NCBI GenBank assembly: GCA_018650165.1
Contig: JABIGM010000041.1
Coordinates: forward strand, 22,229-86,228
Direction of reading: 5' to 3'
From: Methanobacteriota archaeon
GTDB lineage: Archaea > Thermoplasmatota > Poseidoniia > Poseidoniales > Poseidoniaceae
DNA: 64,000 nt
Position 1 is the stretch's first letter. The number at the start of each line of letters is the position of its first letter. The notes under the pieces are model-generated. The model made no database searches. It was not told where the DNA came from and saw nothing but the letters and a program-made list of their open reading frames with translations. Of this stretch, positions 1 through 14,397 are shown piece by piece. A program made the position numbers and the translations under genes.

Positions 1-1
1 T

Positions 2-3000
2 GCCTTCATGGTGCAGGATGGTAGAACACTCTCATCTACAGTCTTGAATAATTGGGCTAGCACTTGGGATTCAACAGTCTATCCAACATTAATGACTTAC
101 TTTGGAAAGGATTACTTCGATGGAAGAGGTATTGCTGCACCAGATGTTGATAACAACTGCCAAATTGAAATTGTGATTTATGCAATCGATGGAGCATACA
201 ATATTGGTGGATACTTTTCACCAGGTATGTCTGCTTCCCGTGAAGCGATTTTCATCGATATTGATGATGCGCCTTTGACATGGTCCAAGGTGATTCTAGC
301 ACATGAGTTGCAACATCTAATGCACAATGCACTCGACCCATACGAGAATTTGTGGATAGATGAAGGAGCAGCGGATATGGCAGCCTTCCTTTGTTTTGGA
401 GGGTCCTCTACCCTTTACGGTCACGTTAATGCTTGGACTACTGCGAGCCACCATTCTGTTAGATGGTGGAATCAGAGAATTGCAGATTATGGTGGCGGAT
501 TCATCTTCCTACTGTATCTTGCAGACCATCTTGGTGGAGGTCCCGCTATTCGTAAACTTGCTCAAGACTCCTCTACAGGCGCAGCAGGGATCGAGGATTT
601 GGCAAGAAATCCAGTAGGAGTTACACCAGGGACAATTGGACGAGATTTCATTGATATTTACACTAATTTTACCATTGCATCGACTTTGGATAGTGATCAA
701 GGAATTTATGGAATGTCGAATCTATACATGACTCCGTCATGCGGTTCTAGCGATTTTTGTAGAATCCAACCAGCTGATTCCAATAGCGACTGGGTTGGTC
801 CATGGTCATCCACTGGAAATACAGTAGAAGGTTGGGGTGTACAGGTATTCAAATTCACACCGGGTTCTGCTGCACCAGCTCCGCTAACTATGCGCTTTAC
901 TGGCGATGTTCCAGGAATGGATGGAGTAATCATGAGCAGGGCAACAACAGATGGAATCTACTCTCGTTCTGATATCAATTTCAATGGCGCTGTTGGCACC
1001 GCATTGGTACCAGGTTTTGGAAATATTACAGATGAAATATGGGCTATCACTTGGTTTGCATCAAACCAAGGTGATTGCGATTACACATCTTGTGGCAGTT
1101 CATATCCTCAGGGAGTAATTGATGTTGAGGCAGCTCGGATTACCTCACCTGCTACTCTAAGCCTTAATTCAACAGTACTGGCAGACCGAGATGGAGACTC
1201 AAATATCGATACTGCAGAAATAGAATTCAATGTTCTTTCAAACGCATTCTTTGAGGATTTAGATGTAGAGATTGAAGTTCGAAATGCCTCTGGTATCGTA
1301 TTGGATACTATGGAGACTAGGGTCCAAGCAGGTGGCGGAGTTGATGTATCTACGAAATTCTGGTATACAGCGAAAACGAGTGAAGTTCATACCTTCCATT
1401 TACAAATGAAAGACATGCTTGGAGACGCGGTTGATAATACCCAAACAGGTGCACAATTTTTGGATAACATGCGTCCTGTTTCTAATGCAAGTCTAGCCCC
1501 TGCCGAAGTCCAAACCTGGGACAATGTCTTATTCGTTGGAAATGGATTTGATGCATGGGGCCTCTCTATGGCCAACAATACACTTCCATATCTTGACGAC
1601 CCCGTGGCTTATGCATGGGATTTTGACGATGGCAATACTTCTTCTTTGAAGAGCCCAGTAAGGCCATATCTGGAAGTAGGGCAGTACAATGCTTCACTGA
1701 GGATATTAGATCAGGGTGGCACATGGTCTCAATCCGATGTCAAATCATTAAATGTAACAGATACCACCGCTCCTAATCCAATCATTTCGGTTAATGGGCA
1801 AATAATTGAAAGTAATTTATCAATCCTCACCGGTCAGGTAATTCAGTTTAGTGCAGACCGATCAACTGACAATGTGCCAGTTAGTCACCTACAATTCACT
1901 TGGGATTGGGGAGATGGTGCTCTAGAAGGCGGTAAAGGAGTTTCACGAGCTTACCACCAATGGGATGATGGTGTCACAGCAGTAACGGTTTACAACCTGA
2001 CTTTGTCTATTGACGATGGTGTAAATTCTGCTTCAAAGATAATTGAAATAATCGTTAACAACCGTGTACCAGGGCAGATTTTTAATGATGTAATAATTAC
2101 TGATACCTTTACAGCAACAAGATTACCTGATTTGTTTGAGGACATAGATGGTCAAATTGTAGGTTGGGAGTGGGGATTCGATGAAGGAGTAAATATCGAC
2201 GGAGGAATCGTCGATAGGACGGATATATTCACAGAAATGATGGCTAGTGAGCAAAACCCGATGGTTGCGTGGTCATCACCCGGTGTGAAATATGTAAATT
2301 TAACAGTCACTGATAACGATGGAGCGACAGCTTCCGCCCAAGTCATGGTTCAAGTTCTCAATCAACTTCCGGTTGCTCAATTTACTGTGCGTGATTCTGG
2401 TTCCGCAGGTAGTCCAATAATTGATTTCCGAATAGATGATGGTCAGGTTGATGTCCCTTACACATTTGATGGTAGAGAGAGTTATGATCCGGATGGCACA
2501 GTAGGCAATTCACAAGATCTAATATTTTCTTGGACCTTCTCTGATGGAACTGTTTCAGAAGAGTCTCTAGTCACACATAATTTCTCAACTCCTGGCGAGC
2601 ATAGTGTGATTCTTGTTGTAACAGATGAAGATGGAATGCCTAGCGAGGCTAGAGTACTGTCTATCAGAATTCAGAATCCAAAACCGATTATTTCGGTTAG
2701 AATTTTAGATGCTTGGTATGAAGATGCTTTGATTACATCTTCAACACCAATGGCTGAAGGTGAACAGCCAAATACCTATTCACATACTTTTGATGATGAT
2801 GGCAACGTTGTTACTACTCCTCACCAGATGTTGTTCTTTGATTCTGCAGGAACTAGAGATGGTGACAGAAGTTATGAAGGACGATTCGTACCACTAGAAT
2901 CCAATCATTCTGACTGGAATGGAATTGTTCAATATTCTTGGGACTTCGGAGATGCTACTCCAATCTCACACGACCCTATGCCGTGGCATTATTATGAGCG

Positions 3001-3793
3001 TTCAGGTACCTACAAAGTATCACTTACCGTTAGGGATTCATACCTTACAGGTGATGTAACTAGAGCATCATTTACAATTGTCGTGAACCAGTTGCCAGTG
3101 ATAGAAGAATTCTATATCGGTGATACAATTTATGCTGGTGATTCAGTAGTATTAGATGCAAACATTTCAGATGCTGAAGAGTTATCAGAATACGTTGTGT
3201 GGCGTGATTTAGATGTCAATGATGGCCTTTTCACGGATAGGGATGAGAGAATTTCTTCTAACATTGTTGTCCTTTGGGAATATGATATCGATTTTGATGC
3301 TGATGGTAATGGAGACCCTGCTGATGACTGGGTTATTCCTTCTGGCGCAGATGGGATCAGAGTCGCAGGTAGTTGGGATGAAGTTGGAATTAGTACATTG
3401 AGAGTATCTGTTTGTGATGGAATGGGCGTCTGTGTGCAAAAAGACATGGAGATCATAATCTCGCCCGAAAAGTCTGAAGATCCAAGTCTTTCTGACTTTT
3501 CAATACAGGATTGGAAAGATTGGTTTGTTGATGCTAGTGGCGAATCGGCAGTCATTCTTGGATTAATCATTGCAGTTTTGATTCTCGGATGGGCAGTAAT
3601 GAGGAGCCCGACGGAAATTGAAGAAGATGCTGAGCAAGCTGCGGCAACTTACGAAGTTGAAGAAGTACAATCTTACGGCGGGGTTCTCGGTATGGACCAA
3701 CACACACCTCCTCCTGCTCCAGGAATTCTATCCAAAGATGAGCGTCGAAGCGATTCATCAGGGTACATCCGGCCTCTTAGACGAAGAAGGTGA
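2..3793 (+). CDS. Surface zinc metalloprotease (gluzincin HEXXH...E) with multiple PKD-like repeats and a C-terminal membrane anchor; 5' end probably outside the window
   Basis: The ORF is open to the window edge and M8 has no signal peptide. HEXXH occurs in ILAHELQHLMH, followed by WIDEGAADM. PKD-like signatures recur (WDFDDGNTS, WDWGDGA, FSWTFSDGT, WDFGDATP). A hydrophobic segment AVILGLIIAVLILGWAV lies near the C-terminus, with a basic tail ending RRRR. Confidence 0.75.
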   Translation, partial: AFMVQDGRTLSSTVLNNWASTWDSTVYPTLMTYFGKDYFDGRGIAAPDVDNNCQIEIVIYAIDGAYNIGGYFSPGMSASREAIFIDIDDAPLTWSKVILAHELQHLMHNALDPYENLWIDEGAADMAAFLCFGGSSTLYGHVNAWTTASHHSVRWWNQRIADYGGGFIFLLYLADHLGGGPAIRKLAQDSSTGAAGIEDLARNPVGVTPGTIGRDFIDIYTNFTIASTLDSDQGIYGMSNLYMTPSCGSSDFCRIQPADSNSDWVGPWSSTGNTVEGWGVQVFKFTPGSAAPAPLTMRFTGDVPGMDGVIMSRATTDGIYSRSDINFNGAVGTALVPGFGNITDEIWAITWFASNQGDCDYTSCGSSYPQGVIDVEAARITSPATLSLNSTVLADRDGDSNIDTAEIEFNVLSNAFFEDLDVEIEVRNASGIVLDTMETRVQAGGGVDVSTKFWYTAKTSEVHTFHLQMKDMLGDAVDNTQTGAQFLDNMRPVSNASLAPAEVQTWDNVLFVGNGFDAWGLSMANNTLPYLDDPVAYAWDFDDGNTSSLKSPVRPYLEVGQYNASLRILDQGGTWSQSDVKSLNVTDTTAPNPIISVNGQIIESNLSILTGQVIQFSADRSTDNVPVSHLQFTWDWGDGALEGGKGVSRAYHQWDDGVTAVTVYNLTLSIDDGVNSASKIIEIIVNNRVPGQIFNDVIITDTFTATRLPDLFEDIDGQIVGWEWGFDEGVNIDGGIVDRTDIFTEMMASEQNPMVAWSSPGVKYVNLTVTDNDGATASAQVMVQVLNQLPVAQFTVRDSGSAGSPIIDFRIDDGQVDVPYTFDGRESYDPDGTVGNSQDLIFSWTFSDGTVSEESLVTHNFSTPGEHSVILVVTDEDGMPSEARVLSIRIQNPKPIISVRILDAWYEDALITSSTPMAEGEQPNTYSHTFDDDGNVVTTPHQMLFFDSAGTRDGDRSYEGRFVPLESNHSDWNGIVQYSWDFGDATPISHDPMPWHYYERSGTYKVSLTVRDSYLTGDVTRASFTIVVNQLPVIEEFYIGDTIYAGDSVVLDANISDAEELSEYVVWRDLDVNDGLFTDRDERISSNIVVLWEYDIDFDADGNGDPADDWVIPSGADGIRVAGSWDEVGISTLRVSVCDGMGVCVQKDMEIIISPEKSEDPSLSDFSIQDWKDWFVDASGESAVILGLIIAVLILGWAVMRSPTEIEEDAEQAAATYEVEEVQSYGGVLGMDQHTPPPAPGILSKDERRSDSSGYIRPLRRRR

Positions 3794-3824
3794 AGGGAAA
3801 ACCGATTAACCTCCTCGATTGAAT

Positions 3825-3843
3825 CACCCCCCATAGGGGGGTG
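3825..3843 (+). other. Perfect 8-bp inverted repeat (cacccccc-ATA-ggggggtg) in a 55-nt spacer; possible terminator or RBS-occluding hairpin
   Basis: Read directly from the sequence. It lies 32 nt after the protease stop. Its G-run arm ends 5 nt before the TTG start at 3849, so it doubles as an SD-like element. Confidence 0.4.
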
Positions 3844-3848
3844 TAAAC

Positions 3849-4844
3849 TTGGGTGCTAGGCTTGTCGTAATTGTTCTGATTTCAATGCTAATCCCGATGG
3901 TTATTCCCTCTGGGGTAACAGTGGTAGATTCGGTTACTGCTGCCTCACCTTGTGATGGAGGGGATTTTGTCCTTCCACAATTTAACACAACCGTAGAGCG
4001 TTTGGCAAAAATTCCAACTGTGTATGATTATTTCCCCGAAGATGACAGAGACGGCGGAGGTGGGGGTGGCGAGCAAGACGGAGATGACCAACCTGGACAA
4101 GAAGAATATGATGGGCCCGAGGAAACCTGGATGACCTGGTCGCCAGATAACGATCTTTCGTTATTACGAGATGATTTCCAAACGATGATGCTCATCGGGG
4201 AAGATGCAGTAGGTACCTTGAGGGTAAATCTGGATTATCAACGCCGAACTACGGTCTGTGTGACAATTGAAACTACAAATAATTCCTATGATCCAACAGC
4301 CGATGTATATCTGATGACCGATTCTCAATACGACCGATATACTGCAGCGTATGACCGGGCTCATGGCGCATGGGATTGGGGGGGCTTTGATTCAGATGAA
4401 GATGTAAGTGATGTTTCGCCTGAGTGGCGTAGTTTTGATATTCTAGGATGGAATACATTCCGCGATTCTCATAAGTATGAAGATGTAAAAGATGTTTCAT
4501 TTACGCTTTCTCTTGATGGACCAGAAGTGTCTAGTGGCTTATTTGGAGGCGAAGATGTTCAATATTTCAACATCGTAATAGATAATACAAACAATTCTCA
4601 TCGCCATGATGCATTGCCCGAGACTACTATTGCCGCTTATGTGTCTGTAGTTTCAGAAGAGCGTTCTACAATTTTGCCGAATTGGACTGTTTCGGTTGTA
4701 TGCTGTGGGCTAATGATGGCCACAATAGTAATTCCACTAATAACGAATAAACGCTACATGGCAGCAGGATTGAGTTTAGTTTCAGAAAATCAGCAAATGC
4801 AGCAAGGACTTGTGCCGTCCTTAGAGCAAAAAACTCTTGATTAA
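3849..4844 (+). CDS. Hypothetical acidic membrane-anchored protein
   Basis: TTG start. N-terminal hydrophobic LVVIVLISMLIPMVIP, a Gly/Asp/Glu-rich stretch DRDGGGGGGEQDGDD, and a C-terminal TM VVCCGLMMATIVIPLI. No catalytic motif recognised. Confidence 0.55.
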   Translation: MGARLVVIVLISMLIPMVIPSGVTVVDSVTAASPCDGGDFVLPQFNTTVERLAKIPTVYDYFPEDDRDGGGGGGEQDGDDQPGQEEYDGPEETWMTWSPDNDLSLLRDDFQTMMLIGEDAVGTLRVNLDYQRRTTVCVTIETTNNSYDPTADVYLMTDSQYDRYTAAYDRAHGAWDWGGFDSDEDVSDVSPEWRSFDILGWNTFRDSHKYEDVKDVSFTLSLDGPEVSSGLFGGEDVQYFNIVIDNTNNSHRHDALPETTIAAYVSVVSEERSTILPNWTVSVVCCGLMMATIVIPLITNKRYMAAGLSLVSENQQMQQGLVPSLEQKTLD

Positions 4845-5639
4845 TCAGTACTCAAGCAAGGTCCAAGCGTCTCGTAGGTCACGAACGTTGACCAATCCCT
4901 TATCCGATATGCGGAACTCATTTCGCATTGTAGCATAAACAAGACTTTGATCAAGCATTGGGGCATGTAACCTAGGCCAGTCGCCTCCACTGTTAAGCGC
5001 CATTAGGCTGTGGCTGAGACCTTCACCGGTTAGTTCAGTTGCAGCTTCGATAATCTGTAATGCATCAGAGTGATTGTTAGCAGTGCCACAAAATTTCACA
5101 ATATTTCCGGAATCTTGGTTTTCTCGAACCAGGGCAACTATTGCTTCAGCATCAGGTACGCCGTTAATATCGTGCTTGGAAGCAATAATCTGGCATCCTT
5201 TCTTGGTAGCAGCGGATTGTAGTTTCTTTCTTTCAGTTCCCTTAATTGAAAGTTCTAGGTCAATCCAAGAGACTTCGGAATCAATCGCCTTAGACAAAAT
5301 GTCAATTCTCTCAGATTCGATTCCAGGGAAAAATCCACCTTCGGAAACAGGGCGTACAGTGAAAACAACAGGCAAGGGCAATGCTTCCTTCAGTGAAGCG
5401 ATTGCAGCGCCTACATCCACCGAAGACATCTCAGAGGTTTCCCACTCGTTTTCTGGCGGCATAGCCACACTCTCGCCTTCTTCCTCTTCGGAAATGGTTG
5501 GGTCTGGGCGGATTAAGAATAATCTATCAAATCGAACTTCTACCATATCTGCACCTGCGAGATTAGCACGTGCAGCTTCATCGGTCATCTCTTCGACAGT
5601 TGTGCCATCAAGGACTACGCATACTTTCGGGTCAGCCAT
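4845..5639 (-). CDS. aroD: 3-dehydroquinate dehydratase, type I
   Basis: Blocks are colinear with type I DHQase: EVRFD, PVVFTVRPVSEGG, DLEL, ASKHD (catalytic His), IVKFCGTA (Schiff-base Lys) and LVNVRDLR. It carries an acidic insertion (SEEEEGESVAMPPENEWE). Confidence 0.85.
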   Translation of the reverse strand: MADPKVCVVLDGTTVEEMTDEAARANLAGADMVEVRFDRLFLIRPDPTISEEEEGESVAMPPENEWETSEMSSVDVGAAIASLKEALPLPVVFTVRPVSEGGFFPGIESERIDILSKAIDSEVSWIDLELSIKGTERKKLQSAATKKGCQIIASKHDINGVPDAEAIVALVRENQDSGNIVKFCGTANNHSDALQIIEAATELTGEGLSHSLMALNSGGDWPRLHAPMLDQSLVYATMRNEFRISDKGLVNVRDLRDAWTLLEY

Positions 5640-5920
5640 GCTTTCGGCGACCTGCCCTTCTTCATTAACGGTTGCGATTATATCCTGAGGCCAAAAGTGT
5701 TGGAAATATTGTATTTTGACATAATTTTTTGTTTTTTTATTTCATTAAATCGCAACATTTACTGGCACTTTTTGAGTATGTTCATATACCCCCTTCGGCA
5801 CCCTGTTAATTGAGTATAGAGGTAACCTTGGATTTAGCCGGAATGCGCCTTTTTTTCTTAAAAAAAATCAGGATAAAACTCGGCACCAAAAGACACTACA
5901 ACTAACAAAAAAGTTTGTAA

Positions 5921-10656
<4,736 letters not shown>

Positions 10657-10734
10657 GTAACCCATCCGACGGGTTCAAACGCTGACCGCTCATCTGCGTA
10701 AGTAGGGAGCGCTAACAATACTGGTGGTGAAACA

Positions 10735-11988
10735 ATGAATGAACAGAAATTAATCTATGACTGGAACGTTGTTGACTATGAATATTCAAGAGACCAATCA
10801 AACCACCCGCACGGTGTTTGGTTTGATGACGAAACTTTACGCGATGGCCTCCAAAGCCCTAGTGCATTGAATCCTTCAATCGAACAAAAGATTGAGTTAT
10901 TGACTTACATGGAACGATTAGGAATTCAAAAAGTCGATTTAGGGCTTCCAGGTGCTGGACCATTTCATCTAGACCACATTGATTCAATGTTAATGCACAT
11001 CAAGGAAAATGATTTCCAAATCCGTCCGGGTGCTGCTGTAAGGACCTTGATGAATGATATTGAACCATTAGTAAATTTACAATCAAAGCATGAGATGGAA
11101 ATTCAGGCAAGTGCCTTCCTTGGAACTAGCCCAATACGTCAATTTACTGAAGGTTGGACGATGGATAAATTGGTATCGACTATGGAAAAAGCAGTATCTT
11201 TTGCTGTTGATAATGATGTACCTGTGATGTTTGTTACCGAAGATACTACTCGTTCAAAGCCCGAAGATGTCAAATTAATTTATCAAAGGGCTATGGATTT
11301 GGGAGTAAGGCGTTTGTGTATCTGTGATACATGTGGGCATGTTACTCCAAATGGGGTAAAGCAATTATTATCATTTATCGATGAAGAAGTCATCAAGGAT
11401 GGTGGTTATCAACGCCGAGATATTGAAGTTAACTGGCACGGTCATCAAGATAGAGGGCTAGGTGTTGCAAATAATCTTGCAGCGGTTGAAGCAGGTGCAG
11501 ATGTGATACATGGTACTGCACTGGGTGTGGGGGAACGGGCTGGGAACGCCCCGCTAGACCAAACCCTGGTCAACCTTTCACTGATGGGAGTTATAGAAAA
11601 CGATCTTTCAATGCTAAGCGAGTATGTGGAAAAAGCCAATGAATACATCAAAGTCCCACTGCCACGGAATTACCCTGTGTTTGGGAAGGATGCTTTTGAA
11701 ACAGGGACTGGAGTACACGCTAGTGCAGTTATCAAAGCGATCAATAAAGGGGATATGTGGCTAGCTGATCGTGTTTACAGTGGCGTACCTGCTGGAGATT
11801 TTGGTCTTGAACAAGTTATACGAATTGGACATATGTCAGGACGTTCTAACATTATTTATTGGTTAGAGAACAGAGGTTATGAGGCAACTGAAGATTTAGT
11901 TGCACATCTCTTCGAAGTTGCCAAGAGTCAACCTCGTAACATGGAAGATGAAGAAGTTGAAGCATCGGTCAAGGGATTCTTGCAATAA
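10735..11988 (+). CDS. HMGL-like pyruvate carboxyltransferase family protein (2-isopropylmalate/homocitrate/citramalate synthase family), without a LeuA regulatory domain
   Basis: FDDETLRDGLQSP N-terminal TIM-barrel motif and a later HGHQDRGLGVANNLAAVEAGA (HxH metal site). SD GGTGGTGA precedes the ATG. Confidence 0.8.
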   Translation: MNEQKLIYDWNVVDYEYSRDQSNHPHGVWFDDETLRDGLQSPSALNPSIEQKIELLTYMERLGIQKVDLGLPGAGPFHLDHIDSMLMHIKENDFQIRPGAAVRTLMNDIEPLVNLQSKHEMEIQASAFLGTSPIRQFTEGWTMDKLVSTMEKAVSFAVDNDVPVMFVTEDTTRSKPEDVKLIYQRAMDLGVRRLCICDTCGHVTPNGVKQLLSFIDEEVIKDGGYQRRDIEVNWHGHQDRGLGVANNLAAVEAGADVIHGTALGVGERAGNAPLDQTLVNLSLMGVIENDLSMLSEYVEKANEYIKVPLPRNYPVFGKDAFETGTGVHASAVIKAINKGDMWLADRVYSGVPAGDFGLEQVIRIGHMSGRSNIIYWLENRGYEATEDLVAHLFEVAKSQPRNMEDEEVEASVKGFLQ

Positions 11989-13287
11989 TCAAGACTCTGC
12001 ATTTTCTTGTTCGGCCTCATCTGTGTATATTTGGTTCCATTCAGCATCGATTGAACCACCGGACCATTCGCCACTAACGTCGATTTCAACCATTTCATCA
12101 CCATCGTCTCGCCAAATTGCCTCACCTTGGCTTCCATTAACAATCAGTATGCCTCGGTCATCAATTTGTGAACGTAATAATTCCATGTGCTTGGTGACTG
12201 GTAAGATATGGCCAACTGGTGTTCCTGCTGTAACGAATGGGTTTGTTGCAGTACAAATCATCAAACCATCTTCTGGTGCAACAATATCAACTGATAACCC
12301 CGGGGAGCCAGGATCGGATATAATTGCGACAACATCGCCTTTTGTTACAACACTTCCAGGGCTGACAAACATATCAAGAAGCCCGCCTTCACCAGCTCTT
12401 AGCCATGTAGAACCGCCTGCATTAAGCCTAAATCGTGGACGACTTGGATTCTTTGGAATTACCTTCAGTGACCGCAATACGTTCAAGCAGCCGTGAACAG
12501 CGACCTTAACCGCAGCTTGGTCTAGCCAATTAGCGCCACCTCCTTCATAGGTGATGGCAGCGATATCCATGTCATTGGCGACTCGCCGCAAACTGCCTTT
12601 AGGAGGTCTACTATCTAGGACAACTTCGATTCCAAACGCTTTGGCAAGTAAATTTGATTCAGGGTGAGATAAATCTCCTCTTATTTGTGGCATATTTGAT
12701 CTACCTGTGGCGGCACTATGGAGGTCGATAATCACATCAGAATCATTGATCAGATTTTTTGTGACCCTCTTAGCCACTCTCGAAGTTGTGTTACTTTTGG
12801 AATGACCTGGAAATGCACGATTTAGGTCTCTACCATCGGGAAAATATCGTGACATAGTGCGGTATCCGGGCAGATTAAGAACTGGAACTATACGCACTGT
12901 TCCTGCCATTGAACTAGGATTGAGTGCGCCGTCTGGGCCGGTGAAAATCGCAGATAGAAGATTTGTACATGCACTTGGGCCAGTTAATTCATCGCCATGA
13001 GTTCCACCAATTATTGTGACCACTGGGCCAGGTCTAATTCCATGTAGAACAGTGATAGGTATTGGCCAAGAATCACCCATCTCTACTTTTAGTAATGGCA
13101 TTTTTACAGTGCGCATTTCCCCAGGCTTGATTCTTTTTCGTAAAAATCGGATTTCCCCCCAATCGGAAGATCTGTCCCATTCAGGACGAGCTTCAGATTC
13201 ATGTTCAGCGAGCGCTTTTTTAATTGCAAGGCGCCTCGTTTTCGGAAGTTCATGAGCGACCCTAACTCGCTTCTTCTTCTCCGCCAT
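11989..13287 (-). CDS. Succinylglutamate desuccinylase/aspartoacylase (AstE/AspA) family zinc hydrolase
   Basis: GGTHGDELTG zinc-site motif, DLHSA, and a C-terminal beta-hybrid-like segment GDVVAIISDPG. It has a basic N-terminal extension and an acidic tail. Confidence 0.75.
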   Translation of the reverse strand: MAEKKKRVRVAHELPKTRRLAIKKALAEHESEARPEWDRSSDWGEIRFLRKRIKPGEMRTVKMPLLKVEMGDSWPIPITVLHGIRPGPVVTIIGGTHGDELTGPSACTNLLSAIFTGPDGALNPSSMAGTVRIVPVLNLPGYRTMSRYFPDGRDLNRAFPGHSKSNTTSRVAKRVTKNLINDSDVIIDLHSAATGRSNMPQIRGDLSHPESNLLAKAFGIEVVLDSRPPKGSLRRVANDMDIAAITYEGGGANWLDQAAVKVAVHGCLNVLRSLKVIPKNPSRPRFRLNAGGSTWLRAGEGGLLDMFVSPGSVVTKGDVVAIISDPGSPGLSVDIVAPEDGLMICTATNPFVTAGTPVGHILPVTKHMELLRSQIDDRGILIVNGSQGEAIWRDDGDEMVEIDVSGEWSGGSIDAEWNQIYTDEAEQENAES

Positions 13288-13366
13288 GCTACGCCATTAA
13301 TCGATGTGACATCAAGGTGATGGAAGTCAGGATAAACAAATCAACCTCCTCGTACCATCAAGCAAT

Positions 13367-13831
13367 ATGGGAGTCGGAGTTCAACGCCAATATGCCCCTT
13401 CATCAATTTGCTTTGGGTGTGGGCCTGCTAATCACAAAGGTTTGCAAATCGACTCTCACAGATGTGAGAGTGGACTCGAAATGCGATTTACTCCATCTGA
13501 TGAGCATCAGGCATTTCCGGGAATGATAAATGGAGGGATAATTGGAAGTTTATTGGATTGCCACGGAAATTGGGCTGCAGCAATTGCTTTGATGGATGCC
13601 TCCGACTCTGAAGAGCCGCCCTGTACTGTAACTGCAAGTTACAGCGTTTCATTGCGTAGGCCAACACCTGCAGGTGTTGAGTTACATATTCTTGCAGAAG
13701 TCGAAGAATTGTTAGAAGACCGAGCAAAAATTAGCATGACACTTACCGCAGATGGCAAGATTTGTGCTACTGGTAAAGGATTATTTGTGGCAGTTAAAGA
13801 AGGCCACCCCGCTTTTCATCGGTGGTCATGA
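13367..13831 (+). CDS. Hotdog-fold thioesterase (PaaI/4HBT-like)
   Basis: CFGCGPANHKGLQI, followed by FPGMINGGIIGSLLDCHGNWAA, typical of PaaI-family thioesterases. Confidence 0.7.
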   Translation: MGVGVQRQYAPSSICFGCGPANHKGLQIDSHRCESGLEMRFTPSDEHQAFPGMINGGIIGSLLDCHGNWAAAIALMDASDSEEPPCTVTASYSVSLRRPTPAGVELHILAEVEELLEDRAKISMTLTADGKICATGKGLFVAVKEGHPAFHRWS

Positions 13832-14371
13832 ATGGCCAAACCATCTGTAAATCAATTGAATGAATTGAATGGTCTGAGAGATTTTGTTATCGAAGTCATG
13901 TCTGCTATGGAAGTTTGGAGTGATAATGAACTTACAAACCTCACTGCAATTAAATTAGGCGTCCTAAGAAAGAATGCGACACAGCGACACGGCGTAACCC
14001 GTTGGAAAAGAGGTGTTAGAAATCCTAGCGCGCCTGAGCAAGTAGAGGTCATCGATCTTCATCCACGATTGCTAAATGCGGACTGGAAACCTTACGCTGC
14101 TTGGGTAATGCATCATGAACTCGTTCATGCATTAGGATATACAGCGCATGACTCAACATTTCGTTCATTGGAAGAACTCTGGCCCAGTCCTAAATCAGGA
14201 AAAATGGGGTCATCATTCACTGAAATGCTACGGAAAGAAAAATCGTCTTGGCTTTGGGTTTGTAACACATGCGAGAAAGAGTACCCTCGCCAAAAGGCAG
14301 GCAAAGGGCGATACCTCTGCAGAATCTGTCGGACGGTATTAGTAGATTTACCCAATAAAGCGTCACAGTGA
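13832..14371 (+). CDS. SprT-like zinc metalloprotease with C-terminal zinc ribbon
   Basis: HEXXH in VMHHELVHALGY. The C-terminus has CNTCEKEY...CRICRTVL (CX2C...CX2C). The ATG directly abuts the upstream stop. Confidence 0.65.
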   Translation: MAKPSVNQLNELNGLRDFVIEVMSAMEVWSDNELTNLTAIKLGVLRKNATQRHGVTRWKRGVRNPSAPEQVEVIDLHPRLLNADWKPYAAWVMHHELVHALGYTAHDSTFRSLEELWPSPKSGKMGSSFTEMLRKEKSSWLWVCNTCEKEYPRQKAGKGRYLCRICRTVLVDLPNKASQ

Positions 14372-14397
14372 TTAGGTTTAAGCCCTGGCAACAATCC

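Noticed and set aside
13317-13526. A 69-aa ORF starting right after an AAGGTGA SD-like sequence upstream of the thioesterase
   Set aside because: It is in a different frame from the thioesterase, has no motif and overlaps the thioesterase coding region. A frameshifted N-terminal extension of the thioesterase cannot be excluded, but nothing in the sequence supports it.
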